Below, in pieces: positions 36,401 to 46,395 of a DNA stretch of 64,000 bases (positions are counted from its first letter, which is position 1; each line of letters opens with the position of its first letter). The stretch is from NCBI GenBank assembly GCA_964482915.1, contig CAYZYU010000002.1, forward strand, positions 3,339 through 67,338. The letters are read 5' to 3'. The notes under the pieces were generated by a model. That model was not told where the DNA came from and made no database searches. It worked only from the letters and a program-made list of their open reading frames with translations. Source of the stretch: Candidatus Woesearchaeota archaeon (GTDB lineage Archaea; Nanobdellota; Nanobdellia; Pacearchaeales; GW2011-AR1). The position numbers and the translations under genes were made by a program.

Positions 36401-37219
36401 ATGAATGAGAAAAAAGAGTTTGATAAAATTTTGAGAGACATAAAATCAATTAGAATTCAAGGAGCAAGAAATGTTGCAAAAGCAGCACTAAAAGCATATC
36501 TTTTGTGCCCTTCAAGAGAATCAAAACTCAAATTATTATCTTCCAGACCAACAGAGCCAATGATGTTTCATGTACTTCATCTTGCAGAAGAAGGGATAAA
36601 TGAGATAGAAATATTAGGGCATTTTGATTCTGCTCAAGATAAAATAAGTAAACTTGTTTTTAAATTAATCAATAATAACGATAAAATATTCACTCATTGT
36701 CATTCGACAAATGTCATAAATTCACTTATTTATTCAAAGAATAAAGGAAAGAGATTCCAAGTATATAACACAGAGACTCGTCCTTTATTTCAAGGTAGAA
36801 AGACTGCAGATGAATTAAAAAAGGCAGGAATAGACGTAACAATGTTTATTGATTCTGCTGCAGGTATTGCCATAGAAAGAGAAAATAAAAAAGATAAGTT
36901 TTATGCAGATAAGATATTACTTGGGGCTGATGCACTTTTGAAAGAAGGAGTTATAAATAAAATTGGAAGTTCAATGTTTGCAGAATTGGGTTCAAGACAT
37001 AAGATTCCAGTTTATATTATTGCTGACTCTTGGAAGTTTACAACCAACAAAACCCCTATAGAACAAAGAGAGATAAATGAAGTTTGGGATAGTGCTCCAA
37101 GAAATATTAAGATACAAAATCCTGCTTTTGAATTTATTCCAAAGAAATATATTTCTGGTATTATAACTGAATTGGGATTTATGAAATATGAAGAATTTGT
37201 AAAAGGTATGAAAGGGTAA
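36401..37219 (+). CDS. ribose-1,5-bisphosphate isomerase / eIF-2B-related (e2b2) family
   Basis: IRIQGARNVAKAALKAY, THCHST and TETRPLFQGRKTADEL correspond to IRGAGKIARSAAYAL, THCHSK and TETRP of archaeal R15P isomerase (from memory). Confidence 0.65.
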   Translation: MNEKKEFDKILRDIKSIRIQGARNVAKAALKAYLLCPSRESKLKLLSSRPTEPMMFHVLHLAEEGINEIEILGHFDSAQDKISKLVFKLINNNDKIFTHCHSTNVINSLIYSKNKGKRFQVYNTETRPLFQGRKTADELKKAGIDVTMFIDSAAGIAIERENKKDKFYADKILLGADALLKEGVINKIGSSMFAELGSRHKIPVYIIADSWKFTTNKTPIEQREINEVWDSAPRNIKIQNPAFEFIPKKYISGIITELGFMKYEEFVKGMKG

Positions 37220-37262
37220 AAGAATAATTTTGTTATAGAAGTATTCAATTAAATCTTATAGA

Positions 37263-37772
37263 TTAATCTTTTTCACAATCACATTCTTCATCACAATCAT
37301 CGTCGGAAGAACAGGTGCATTCCTTGTCATGCCCATGTTTGCATTTATTAGAATGTGTGTGATTATGCTCATGCATTTTTTGATGATCCATAAACACAGT
37401 TGTTAATTCTGTATTAATCTTATCTAATTCTCCATTTAATTCTTCTTTTACTTTCTCTAGCTTCTTTATCTGAGTTTGCAGTATTTTTTTTGTTTCAGGT
37501 ATTGATTTTTTTACAAAATTTTTATTTCCAATATCTACCAAAAGTTCATCTGAAAGCAATTTTGCATTTGCATATATACCTCTTCCTATAGGAGCTAATA
37601 TCTCGTTATCCTTTTTACCGATTAATTCATCTAATTGTAAATTTAGGCTTCCAAGTTCTAGAATTGCTTGTTCAACTGCCTGCTGTTGTTCTTGAATCAT
37701 TCTTATCTGCTGTTCAAACATTTGGAATTGTATTGCAAGTTTCTGCTGTGATTCTTTTTCATTATCTTCCAT
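37263..37772 (-). CDS. pfdA: prefoldin alpha subunit with His/Cys-rich C-terminal tail
   Basis: Coiled coil, then LAPIGRGIYANAKL...LVDIGNKNFVKKS double beta-hairpin, then coiled coil. The tail HEHNHTHSNKCKHGHDKECTCSSDDDCDEECDCEKD is appended. Confidence 0.6.
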   Translation of the reverse strand: MEDNEKESQQKLAIQFQMFEQQIRMIQEQQQAVEQAILELGSLNLQLDELIGKKDNEILAPIGRGIYANAKLLSDELLVDIGNKNFVKKSIPETKKILQTQIKKLEKVKEELNGELDKINTELTTVFMDHQKMHEHNHTHSNKCKHGHDKECTCSSDDDCDEECDCEKD

Positions 37773-37834
37773 TGTATATCCTCATATTGTAGACTATAGT
37801 GAAATCAGAAAAAGATGGTTTTTAAGATTTGGGG

Positions 37835-38437
37835 TTAAGCAACATCCCACCATTTTCTCAGAAGAGAACTAAACAACATTGTAAAGACAAAATAAAATAA
37901 GAACCATCCCATAAATCCAAAAAATCTTACAGGAGCTTCTTGAGCAAGAGCTAAAACATTAAAATAATCTTGGAACCATCTAAAAAGTAATATAAATGGA
38001 ATACCTGTATAGACTACGGATCTCATGCTTAGTTTCATCTGTTTTGGGAACATAGCAAATTGCTTTTTTTGTATCTCCATTAATTTTTGTGGATTATTTT
38101 TAGCTTCATTCATCTCTTTCTGCAACTCTTTTTGTTCTTTTCTTATATCTCTTAAAGCTTTCTGATCTGTAGCATATTTTTGAACTAAAGTACTTAGAGC
38201 AGTGAGTATGAAAACTATTATTAGCATTCCTAAAGTTAAGTTCCAATTAAGCAGAGCCCCTGCACTTGGATCAAGAACATAATGTATAGCATTTTTTACT
38301 GCAGGGATTTTATCCCATAAAGCAGCTATTATAGAAGCAAGAATCATAAATACAATCAATAATGTAAAACTTCCCTCTTTTCCAGATTTATTCTCTTTTA
38401 AACTTGTTTCCTCTGTCATCTTTTTTAATTTAAGCAT
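37835..38437 (-). CDS. DUF106 family membrane protein (archaeal Oxa1/YidC/EMC3-like insertase)
   Basis: TM1, then coiled coil (KEQKELQKEMNEAKNNPQKLMEIQKKQ), then TM2/TM3. Immediately downstream of secY, the conserved archaeal position. Confidence 0.65.
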   Translation of the reverse strand: MLKLKKMTEETSLKENKSGKEGSFTLLIVFMILASIIAALWDKIPAVKNAIHYVLDPSAGALLNWNLTLGMLIIVFILTALSTLVQKYATDQKALRDIRKEQKELQKEMNEAKNNPQKLMEIQKKQFAMFPKQMKLSMRSVVYTGIPFILLFRWFQDYFNVLALAQEAPVRFFGFMGWFLFYFVFTMLFSSLLRKWWDVA

Positions 38438-39824
38438 TACCCATAAATTTACGCATAGCAGGATTCATATCAGTCATATGCTGTTCTGCTATCTTCTGGT
38501 AAAATTGATACATAATCATAATTACTAATAATATTGCTGTTCCTGAGGATAGTGCTCCAAGCAAATCAGTTGCAGCAGCGAGTAATCCTATAGCTGCACC
38601 ACCCATTACTGTAAGAGGCATTATGTACCTGTCTAAAACACTCTCTAATACCCTCACATCTTGTCTAAATCCTGAAATTTGTAATCCAGATGCTGAAATT
38701 TTTTGTGCTTGCTCTTTTGCTCCCATTCCAGAAGTCTTTACCCAAAATACAGAGAATAATGTTGCAAGTCCAGCATAAAAGATTATATGAGTTAATCCCT
38801 GTAATAAATATCTTGGTAAGAATCCACCTCTTATTATTAATTCAAGGAGATTAGTATTACCTAACCAGAATGCAAATCCTGAAACAGCTTGTCCATTAGA
38901 GAAATGTCCCAAGAAAGTTGGATGTCCTGCCCAATTTTCGAGTATCCCTCCAAACAATTGTATGTTTGCTATTAATGCGGATGTTAAAATAACCGGGATA
39001 ACTGAAGCATAGAAGAATTGTAATGGCCATTTAATTGCATATCCTCTTATTCTTCCAAAACTTAAAGGTATTTCGACTTTCAAACTTTGTGCCCAAACAA
39101 CTAAAAGGAAAATTAAAATTGTTGCTAAAATCGCTCCCAGAGCTGAAGCAAATTCTACTGGATATTTATTTATTATGGATTGAATCAAGACCAAAACTTT
39201 TCCTGAACAGGCTGTTTGACTGAAATCAAGAAGGCAATTCCTTCCTTGTGCATTTACAAATTGAAATGCTTGTGTGAAAAGATGCCAAGAAGCTCCTGCT
39301 GCTATAAAGATGCTAACTCCAGAACCAAATCCCCATTTTTCGCAGAGTTCATTCATATAATAAATAGCGATTCCACCAAGGATTAATTGTAATATAACTA
39401 TTCCTCCGTATCCGGGTGATGCCTCTAGACCTTTCATAAGAACATAAACACATGCTTCAAAGATTATGAAAAACAAAACAAGAAGTTTTTGAATTCCTTG
39501 GAAGAATTTTTTACCTTCTGTAGTATTTGTATTAATATTTATAATTCCTGCACCAGTTAATAATTGCAATATAATAGAAGCCATAACGATTGGACCAATC
39601 CCCAATGAGATTATAGAACCAAAATCTGTTCCAAGTATTATTGCAAGATATTGAAATCTTTCAAGAGCATTATTAGATAACCCAAATAAAGATATATTTG
39701 CTAAAACAAAGAAAGCAACTAAAACTACCAAAGTCCACTTAAGCTTGGTATTAAAGGCAAGCTTCTTCTCATCTGGCTTTTTTACTTCAGGTATAAATGC
39801 GAATAATTTCGTTAAGTCTGCCAT
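38430..39824 (-). CDS. secY: preprotein translocase subunit SecY
   Basis: 464 aa, 10 TM helices, conserved SecY segments (GIGPIVMASIILQLL, plug and TM7 regions). Follows L15. Confidence 0.9.
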   Translation of the reverse strand: MADLTKLFAFIPEVKKPDEKKLAFNTKLKWTLVVLVAFFVLANISLFGLSNNALERFQYLAIILGTDFGSIISLGIGPIVMASIILQLLTGAGIININTNTTEGKKFFQGIQKLLVLFFIIFEACVYVLMKGLEASPGYGGIVILQLILGGIAIYYMNELCEKWGFGSGVSIFIAAGASWHLFTQAFQFVNAQGRNCLLDFSQTACSGKVLVLIQSIINKYPVEFASALGAILATILIFLLVVWAQSLKVEIPLSFGRIRGYAIKWPLQFFYASVIPVILTSALIANIQLFGGILENWAGHPTFLGHFSNGQAVSGFAFWLGNTNLLELIIRGGFLPRYLLQGLTHIIFYAGLATLFSVFWVKTSGMGAKEQAQKISASGLQISGFRQDVRVLESVLDRYIMPLTVMGGAAIGLLAAATDLLGALSSGTAILLVIMIMYQFYQKIAEQHMTDMNPAMRKFMGNA

Positions 39825-39907
39825 CTCATAATCAAATAAAATCAGTTTAAAAAGCTTTTTTAAAAGGTTTTTAGACCAGACGAAGTCAAGTCTTTAAATA
39901 TTAGGTT

Positions 39908-40390
39908 TTACTCTTCTTCCTCGTCTTTTTCACTAGATTTACTTTTTTCAGGAAGTATAATCTGTCCCCCAGCTTTCTGCACTTTTTTTAATGCAGATTT
40001 AGAAGCTTCGAGCGCTGTTATTATTAATTTCTCTTTTACTTCACCATCTCCAAGGATTTTATATTCTGGAAGATTTATCTCCCAACCTTTTGAGGTTTTC
40101 TTTCCATATTTTTCAAGATTTTTTTCAATCTGTTGAAGATTAATTCTTTGTCTTGTATCTCTTTTAGTTTTTCTAGAGGTTATACCTTGTTTACCAAAAT
40201 AATCATGCCCATATAATTTTGTGATAAGTGTTATTTTTGTATCTCCTCTCTTTCCTGTACCTGCCATTCCTGTTCCACCTCTATGTCCTGATTTTTTGTG
40301 CTTTTTTCTTGCTCCCCAGCCATGGCTACCCATTTTTCTTCCATGCATTCTTGAGACTTTTCTTCTTTTATGCGTTTTTTTCATTGCCAT
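39908..40390 (-). CDS. rpl15: 50S ribosomal protein L15 (uL15)
   Basis: Gly/Arg/His-rich N-terminus HGRKMGSHGWGARKKHKKSGHRGGTGMAG. Position between L30 and SecY. Confidence 0.8.
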   Translation of the reverse strand: MAMKKTHKRRKVSRMHGRKMGSHGWGARKKHKKSGHRGGTGMAGTGKRGDTKITLITKLYGHDYFGKQGITSRKTKRDTRQRINLQQIEKNLEKYGKKTSKGWEINLPEYKILGDGEVKEKLIITALEASKSALKKVQKAGGQIILPEKSKSSEKDEEEE

Positions 40391-40391
40391 T

Positions 40392-40757
40392 TTATAACAT
40401 CCTTAAGATTAAATCATTTATTTTATCACCATGGTTTCCAAGTACTCCCTTTGCGACACCGAAATGTTTCTTGGAATCAATTCCACCTCTTGGAGGATGC
40501 AATCTGAAAAAAGGTTTTAATTTTCCATCCTTTCCTTTTTTCCCACGTTGTTTAACTAATTCTTTGTAAACATCATCTTTTATTTCACCATAAGCTATGA
40601 AATCTCTTAATTTATCAATCATCCCAAGTTCCTCCTTAGTTCCTTTCAATATTACGCAAGTATATTTTTTTCTTACTCTTAATCTATCTAGAGTTTCATT
40701 AATATCTCTGCTTAATCCAACTCTTCCTTTTATTCTTATTACTGCTATTTGATTCAT
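40392..40757 (-). CDS. rpl30: 50S ribosomal protein L30 (uL30)
   Basis: AVIRIKGRVGLSRDINETLDRLRV...GMIDKLRDFIAYGEI. Typical archaeal uL30. Confidence 0.8.
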   Translation of the reverse strand: MNQIAVIRIKGRVGLSRDINETLDRLRVRKKYTCVILKGTKEELGMIDKLRDFIAYGEIKDDVYKELVKQRGKKGKDGKLKPFFRLHPPRGGIDSKKHFGVAKGVLGNHGDKINDLILRML

Positions 40758-41551
40758 TCTTCCTTAACCTCCTCACTATTTGTTTTTTGTAGAGCATCAA
40801 AACATGCTTTTATTAAATTGAAACTTGTTCTTGCTTTTCCAAAGCTCTTGCTATAAACATCTTTTATTCCCGCTAACTTCAAAACTTTTTTTAATTCATT
40901 TGCAACGACAAGACCTGTTCCTTGTGGAGCAGGTATTAAAGTTATTCTTGAGCTTCCTGCTTTTCCAGTGACCTTAAAGGGAACAGTATGCAACTCAGAA
41001 CAATCACAGTCAAATCCAGAACATCCTCTTGTAACTTTTATTACATTTAATTTTGCTTTTCTCAATGCCTTATCCCTTGCTGGAAGAGTTTCCATTGATT
41101 TTCCATATCCGAATCCAACATGTCCATTTTCATCTCCAACAATTGCCATCGCAGAGAAGGTAGGAACATTTCCTTCTTCAGTTTTTCTTTGGGTTTGTCT
41201 CCAAGCTCTTCTCTTTCCTCCCCCAAATTTACCTTTAGATTGCCCTATTGATATTAAATCAGATTTAAGTGGCAATAGATAGTCCGTTATTTCTGCTTCC
41301 AGTATCTCTCTTTTACTCTTTAGTATATCATCAATATCTTTTATTTTTCCGTTTTTTACTTCTATTCCAAGTTTAGTCTTAGGCTCCCAAGTTTCTGATG
41401 GTCTTGTTTTCTCTTTTTCATTTGTTTTAAACTCTTTTTCATTTTTTATTTCCTGAAGCTCTTTCAAATCTTCTTTGTCCAAAACTTCTTCTGGAACTTC
41501 AGCATATTCATCTCTTGGTTCTTCAGTTTTTTCTGTTTTTTTCTTTGTCAT
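40754..41551 (-). CDS. rps5: 30S ribosomal protein S5 (uS5) with Lys/Glu-rich N-terminal extension
   Basis: GKRRAWRQ...NGHVGFGYGKSMETLPARDKALRKAKLNVIKV core. About 60-aa charged N-terminal extension. Confidence 0.85.
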   Translation of the reverse strand: MTKKKTEKTEEPRDEYAEVPEEVLDKEDLKELQEIKNEKEFKTNEKEKTRPSETWEPKTKLGIEVKNGKIKDIDDILKSKREILEAEITDYLLPLKSDLISIGQSKGKFGGGKRRAWRQTQRKTEEGNVPTFSAMAIVGDENGHVGFGYGKSMETLPARDKALRKAKLNVIKVTRGCSGFDCDCSELHTVPFKVTGKAGSSRITLIPAPQGTGLVVANELKKVLKLAGIKDVYSKSFGKARTSFNLIKACFDALQKTNSEEVKEE

Positions 41552-41569
41552 ATTAATTCTTTACCTTTT

Positions 41570-42058
41570 TTACAATTTATCTATTTTTGATTTAATTTCA
41601 GTGAAGGGTATTTTATTCTTTAAATGTTCTCCCTTTATTCTTGATTCTTCGGGAAAGAATTCTTTTTTGCATTCTATCTTTATTCCAGAATCTATTAACC
41701 CCTTAAGGAAAGCGTAAATTTTGTTTTTGTGTATTGTACGATTCATTCCTACATCCAATATAGGTGTTTCTAATTTTTGTTTGATTATATTTTTACCTAC
41801 TAAATATCCGCTAAGATAAGCAGCAGTTGTAGACTTTAAACTTCCTTGAGCATTTTTAGGCCAACCATATTCATTTAATTTTCTTGAATCAAATCCAAAA
41901 ACAATACTATCTTGGGCTTCTTTACTTTTGACATATTCACTAATTATGAATTTGTTTGTCTTCCTGAAGACAATTCTAGGTTTTTCTCCTTTCAATAATT
42001 TTAATCTTTTTAGATAATCTGTTCTATTTTCTTTTCTTCTTCTTTTTTGTGTTCTCAT
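41570..42058 (-). CDS. rpl18: 50S ribosomal protein L18 (uL18)
   Basis: RRRKENRTDYLKRLKLLKGEKPRIVFRKTNK is the archaeal L18 N-terminus. Confidence 0.8.
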   Translation of the reverse strand: MRTQKRRRKENRTDYLKRLKLLKGEKPRIVFRKTNKFIISEYVKSKEAQDSIVFGFDSRKLNEYGWPKNAQGSLKSTTAAYLSGYLVGKNIIKQKLETPILDVGMNRTIHKNKIYAFLKGLIDSGIKIECKKEFFPEESRIKGEHLKNKIPFTEIKSKIDKL

Positions 42059-42461
42059 TTTCTGAACCTCCTATGTATTCTTTTAAATGTGCTTTGCTTT
42101 TGAACATCTTATTTCTTATTTTTTGTCTTAATTTTTTTATTTCTACCATATTTAATTCTCCTTTTTGTTTTTTGTCTGCAATGACTTTTCTTAATTTTCT
42201 TGTTAATATTACATAATCTCTTTTCCTAGTGTTTACTTTTTTCCTTACATTACCCATTCCTTTTTTCCCCGTCTTTTTAGCATTTTTGCTTCTTCCTTTA
42301 ATCTCTTTTATGATTATTGCCCCATCTTTCTGGAGATTTCTCATGTCCTGCTTTGTTATTGCTTCTTTAATCTCTTCTATTCTCTCATTAACAAATACAA
42401 TCCTTGCCTTTCCAACCCCAAAAGTTTTAGCAGCTAATTGTTTTTTTGATCTTAGATTCAT
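42024..42461 (-). CDS. rpl19e: 50S ribosomal protein L19e
   Basis: MNLRSKKQLAAKTFGVGKARIVF matches eL19. Lys-rich C-terminus overlaps the L18 start. Confidence 0.8.
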   Translation of the reverse strand: MNLRSKKQLAAKTFGVGKARIVFVNERIEEIKEAITKQDMRNLQKDGAIIIKEIKGRSKNAKKTGKKGMGNVRKKVNTRKRDYVILTRKLRKVIADKKQKGELNMVEIKKLRQKIRNKMFKSKAHLKEYIGGSENENTKKKKKRK

Positions 42462-42898
42462 TTCTTTTCCTCCTTGGTTTTATTTTCTTTTGACTCTGAT
42501 TTTTTTGGTTCAACTTTTTTCTCATTCATCTTTAAAAACTTATCAATATTAAATTTGTATATTTCTAATTTCATTTCTTTGGCTTTTTTTGCAACTTCTA
42601 ATTTATTCTTTTTTCCTATATTTCCAAGCATTGCAATATTCTCTTTCTGGACTTTTTTTAAGTCATTAATATTTCTGATAATAATAGGGGCTTTTCCATC
42701 TATCTTTCCTCTTACTTTCTTGTCTGTTGAATATCCTATTGCAACTATTGCTGGATGACCTCTTCTTTGCTCCCTCATCTTATTATCTCTTCCAGTAGGC
42801 CTTCTCCAAATCTGTTTTTTCTTTCTTCTTAATCCAAGTTTAGAATATTTATGTGAGGTATGTCTCAAAAATTTTGGCATTTTATATCTCCTTTCCAT
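42458..42898 (-). CDS. rpl32e: 50S ribosomal protein L32e
   Basis: WRRPTGRDNKMR eL32 signature. Long Lys/Glu C-terminal tail. Confidence 0.8.
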   Translation of the reverse strand: MERRYKMPKFLRHTSHKYSKLGLRRKKKQIWRRPTGRDNKMREQRRGHPAIVAIGYSTDKKVRGKIDGKAPIIIRNINDLKKVQKENIAMLGNIGKKNKLEVAKKAKEMKLEIYKFNIDKFLKMNEKKVEPKKSESKENKTKEEKK

Positions 42899-43424
42899 CT
42901 TTATTTATTATGTAAATTCCATCTTGAAAAACTCTTCTGTCTCTGTTCATTACCCTTGTTGTAATCTCAAAATTTGCAGCAGCTTGTCCACCAAGTTCTT
43001 TATTAGGAGATTTTATAGTTATAATCTCTTTATTAACTTGAACTTCAACGCCTTCGGGAACATAACACTTTCGCGGGGTTTTCTCTCCAAGGAAATTTTT
43101 TATTAATACTTCTCTTCCTTTTATTTCAACATTTATAGGAAAGTGGCTTGCACATATCTTTAACTTGTACTCGTATTTCTTCTTTACACCTCTAATCATA
43201 TTTTTAATATGAGAATAGATTGTATTAATCATCCTTTTATTGTTTCTTGTAGAAGATGGATGACTAATTGATATTTTTCCGTCTTTATTTTCATACTTTA
43301 TTTTTCCAAAATTAAATTCTTTTGAAACTTCTCCCTCTGGTCCTTTTACAATTAATTTTTTTCCTTCCTTTTTTATTTCAACTCCTTCAGGAATTTCAAT
43401 TTCTTGTTCAAATAATTTTTTCAT
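42882..43424 (-). CDS. rpl6: 50S ribosomal protein L6 (uL6)
   Basis: Two-domain uL6 pattern, position between L32e and S8. Confidence 0.85.
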   Translation of the reverse strand: MKKLFEQEIEIPEGVEIKKEGKKLIVKGPEGEVSKEFNFGKIKYENKDGKISISHPSSTRNNKRMINTIYSHIKNMIRGVKKKYEYKLKICASHFPINVEIKGREVLIKNFLGEKTPRKCYVPEGVEVQVNKEIITIKSPNKELGGQAAANFEITTRVMNRDRRVFQDGIYIINKDGKEI

Positions 43425-43425
43425 T

Positions 43426-43836
43426 TTAGTAAAAATATGCTATTACACATCCCCCTATTCCTTCTTCTTGAGCTTCTTTATGTGTCATCAACCCCTTATT
43501 TGTTGAAATTATAAGTGTACCAAGGTTTCTAGAGGGAAGATACCTTCTTCTGTACTTTTCTATTTGTGCTTTATAGCAACTGAATCTTGGTTTTATTGCT
43601 TTACATTCAGAAAGATCCCCTATAGTAAGTGTGATTGATTTTTCCTTTGCATCTATCTTATATTTTTTAATTGCCTTTTCTTGCTTCATTATTTTTAGTA
43701 TTTCTATAAGTAGATTTGAGATTAGTTTTATTTCGACATTCTCCTTTCCTGCCTTCTTGGCATTCCTTATCATATTTAGTGCATCAGCAACTACATCGTG
43801 TGACATTTTAACTGTATTTTTTAAAGCCGATTTCAA
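43426..43836 (-). CDS. rps8: 30S ribosomal protein S8 (uS8)
   Basis: DVVADALNMIRNA...GGCVIAYFY, uS8. Confidence 0.85.
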   Translation of the reverse strand: MKSALKNTVKMSHDVVADALNMIRNAKKAGKENVEIKLISNLLIEILKIMKQEKAIKKYKIDAKEKSITLTIGDLSECKAIKPRFSCYKAQIEKYRRRYLPSRNLGTLIISTNKGLMTHKEAQEEGIGGCVIAYFY

Positions 43837-44038
43837 CTGCTATATCTCTAAAGCAGTGTCGACATAAATTTAATCCGTATGATTTTATATGTGCCCCAAA
43901 TCTTCCACATCTTTCGCATTTTTTTGAAGCAATTCCTGTCTTTCTCTTCTTCGGTTCATTATGTTTTATATATTTCTCTTTTATTACGGGTTTTGCATTA
44001 AGTTGCTTCAGTATTTTTTTCCAATCGCTTGCAGTCAT
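43808..44038 (-). CDS. rps14: 30S ribosomal protein S14 (uS14, zinc-binding type)
   Basis: CERCGRFGAHIKSYGLNLCRHCFR. Confidence 0.85.
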   Translation of the reverse strand: MTASDWKKILKQLNAKPVIKEKYIKHNEPKKRKTGIASKKCERCGRFGAHIKSYGLNLCRHCFRDIAVEIGFKKYS

Positions 44039-44050
44039 TTTTATTTCTCC

Positions 44051-44560
44051 TTATATGAATTTTGTCTGGAAATTTTCTTCCATGAATTTAATTATTTCTT
44101 CTTTTGTTATTATTTGTTTTTTTGATACCTTTCCTCTTTTCATCTTTCTTAACCCAACTCTTCTTCCGCTTCTTTTGAAGACTATTGTAACATCAAATCC
44201 AATTATACCTATATCTCTTTGATATTCTACTCCAGGGATTTCTATATATTCTTTTATACCAAATGAAAAGTTATTTTCACTAATTTGCTTCTTTCTTAAG
44301 GTATTATCAATACTTATTAATAGTTTTTTCAAAAAGTCTTTGAAATCTTTTCTTAAGGTTATTACTGCTCCTACTTCTAATCCGGGTCTAACCCCCCAGG
44401 TAGGTATTCTCTTCTTAGATTTTATCTTAGCAGGTTTTTTTCCAGTAAGAAATTTCAAGAGTCTGAATCCCTTATCTAATCCATCTGCAGTTCCACCTAC
44501 ACCTAAAACTATCTTTTCTATTCTTACATTTCTCATGATATTTTCTGTTTTATTTTTCAT
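44051..44560 (-). CDS. rpl5: 50S ribosomal protein L5 (uL5)
   Basis: RIEKIVLGVGG...LLKFLTGKKPAKIKSKKRIPTWGVR. Confidence 0.85.
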   Translation of the reverse strand: MKNKTENIMRNVRIEKIVLGVGGTADGLDKGFRLLKFLTGKKPAKIKSKKRIPTWGVRPGLEVGAVITLRKDFKDFLKKLLISIDNTLRKKQISENNFSFGIKEYIEIPGVEYQRDIGIIGFDVTIVFKRSGRRVGLRKMKRGKVSKKQIITKEEIIKFMEENFQTKFI

Positions 44561-44561
44561 T

Positions 44562-45212
44562 TTAATTTATTACCATAAATTGTTTAATTAAAACATTTAT
44601 TTTATCTTTTCCAGTGTCTATTTCTGCTATCTTTCTTTCCTTATTTATTTTTTCAATCTTTCCTTTTTCCCCCGAGTGTTTTCCAGCGAACACAATCACT
44701 TCAGATTTCTCTTCTAAAGGTAGACATTTTTCTATCTTTTTACCTTTTAAGTTTATTATTACAGAATCATTCACTTTACATTTTATATTTGATATAAAAT
44801 TCCTTCCATCACTTAAATTTAATTGTGTCTTCTTTCCTTTCAAAGTTTTTTTATTGATTATCTTTGCAATCTTAACATCCGCTTCATTTTCTTTTACCTC
44901 TTCAACATTTAGCTTTTCATTCTTTAATACAACAAGTCTATAATTCTTTTTTGAAGGTACAAGTGTGATTACATCAAACAGCACTATTCCTTCTTTTTCA
45001 TCTCTAACTTCTCTGCCATTAAGAAGGACATTTTTCATATGAATAATCTTCTTCACTTCTTTTCTGTTTTGTGCAACTTTAAGTAAATCTCTTAGGATTA
45101 TTAATACAGGAAGTGATTCAGATAAACCAGAATTAGGTTTCACTACAAAAGCTGTTCCTTTTCTCTGCATTGGCCAACTTTTAGGGATTGCATGTCTTTT
45201 TAGGTGACTCAT
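44562..45212 (-). CDS. rps4e: 30S ribosomal protein S4e
   Basis: HLKRHAIPKSWPMQRKGTAFVVKP N-terminus, KOW-like C-terminus. Confidence 0.85.
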   Translation of the reverse strand: MSHLKRHAIPKSWPMQRKGTAFVVKPNSGLSESLPVLIILRDLLKVAQNRKEVKKIIHMKNVLLNGREVRDEKEGIVLFDVITLVPSKKNYRLVVLKNEKLNVEEVKENEADVKIAKIINKKTLKGKKTQLNLSDGRNFISNIKCKVNDSVIINLKGKKIEKCLPLEEKSEVIVFAGKHSGEKGKIEKINKERKIAEIDTGKDKINVLIKQFMVIN

Positions 45213-45625
45213 TTTTTGTTCTCCTTATTTTTATTCTTTGGATTTTCCTTTTTAGCTGTTTCTTTCTTTACACTTAATTTTCTATCTGCTAAGTCAATAA
45301 TTTGAAGATTAGAGGGTTGTAATTTAAAGTTTGCCTTAGATCCATCTTGTTTCTTAACTTGAACATCTTCTACTATAATTTTTGATTTTTTGAGGTTTAC
45401 CTCAAGTATCTTTCCTGTCTTGCCCTTAAATTTGCCTACACATATTTTTACTTTGTCTCCCTTTTTAGCAGGAAGATTTCTCTTTCCAATTTTTTTTCTT
45501 AATTCCTTTGAAAGATTTATGCTTACAAATTCTTTCCTTAGATGCAACGGAGCATTAGCTCTATACTTTCTCTGTTTCCTAGGTTGAGAACTTGCTTTCC
45601 AATGTGTTGAAAATTTTTTTTCCAT
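45209..45625 (-). CDS. rpl24: 50S ribosomal protein L24 (uL24)
   Basis: NAPLHLRKEF...KKGDKVKICVGKFKGKTGKI (KOW). Confidence 0.85.
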   Translation of the reverse strand: MEKKFSTHWKASSQPRKQRKYRANAPLHLRKEFVSINLSKELRKKIGKRNLPAKKGDKVKICVGKFKGKTGKILEVNLKKSKIIVEDVQVKKQDGSKANFKLQPSNLQIIDLADRKLSVKKETAKKENPKNKNKENKK

Positions 45626-45630
45626 TTTAA

Positions 45631-46032
45631 TTAATATACAATCGAAGCGATTTTAGCAACTTGTGCCCATCTCTCCTGTACCTCCCTTGGTATTGGCCCT
45701 TTAATTTGAGTTCCTTTTGGATTTCCTTTTTCATCTTTCATTATTGCAACTGCATTATCTTCAAATGCAATTCTTTCTCCGTTTAATCTTCTATAAGGTT
45801 TTCTCTGTCTTATAACCACTGCATCAAAAACCTTTCCTTTCATATCAGGTACCCCTTTTCTTACAGATACTTTAACCCAATCTGCAATCTTCGCAGATGT
45901 TTGTTTTCCTTTTTTAGCTTTTGATTTTTTGACCGAGACTAATTTAACTATCTTTGCTCCACTATTGTCTGCTGCAATTATTTCTGCTCCAAGATTCAAT
46001 CCATTTGTTCCTCTTGCACTTATAGATTTCAT
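45631..46032 (-). CDS. rpl14: 50S ribosomal protein L14 (uL14)
   Basis: IAADNSGAK...AVVIRQRKPYRR...AVAIM conserved uL14. Confidence 0.9.
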   Translation of the reverse strand: MKSISARGTNGLNLGAEIIAADNSGAKIVKLVSVKKSKAKKGKQTSAKIADWVKVSVRKGVPDMKGKVFDAVVIRQRKPYRRLNGERIAFEDNAVAIMKDEKGNPKGTQIKGPIPREVQERWAQVAKIASIVY

Positions 46033-46379
46033 TTTTTTACCTCCACAGCATCTTTTATTTTTTGAACTACCACAAAATGAATTATCTTACTAAGAGGCCT
46101 ACATTCATGTACTCTCACTAAATCTCCAACGTTAATTGCCTTTTCCATTGCATCAGGAAGTCTTGCGTGTATTTTTGTCTTTAGTTTTGCATATCTTTCA
46201 TATTTCCTTACATAAATCATTCTTTCGAATTCTAATACTATTCTCTTAGGGAATTTTTTAGTAACAATACCTTCAAAGATTCTCCCTCTTGTACCAACAA
46301 TCTTCCCTTCTTTAGCACTAGCTATTGTTTGGGTTTCATTCTTGCCAGTTTCTACTTTTGTTTTTGGTTTTCTTTCCAT
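46029..46379 (-). CDS. rps17: 30S ribosomal protein S17 (uS17)
   Basis: GTRGRIFEGIV...VGDLVRVHECRPLSK. Confidence 0.85.
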   Translation of the reverse strand: MERKPKTKVETGKNETQTIASAKEGKIVGTRGRIFEGIVTKKFPKRIVLEFERMIYVRKYERYAKLKTKIHARLPDAMEKAINVGDLVRVHECRPLSKIIHFVVVQKIKDAVEVKK

Positions 46380-46395
46380 TTTGTTTTTGATTGGT

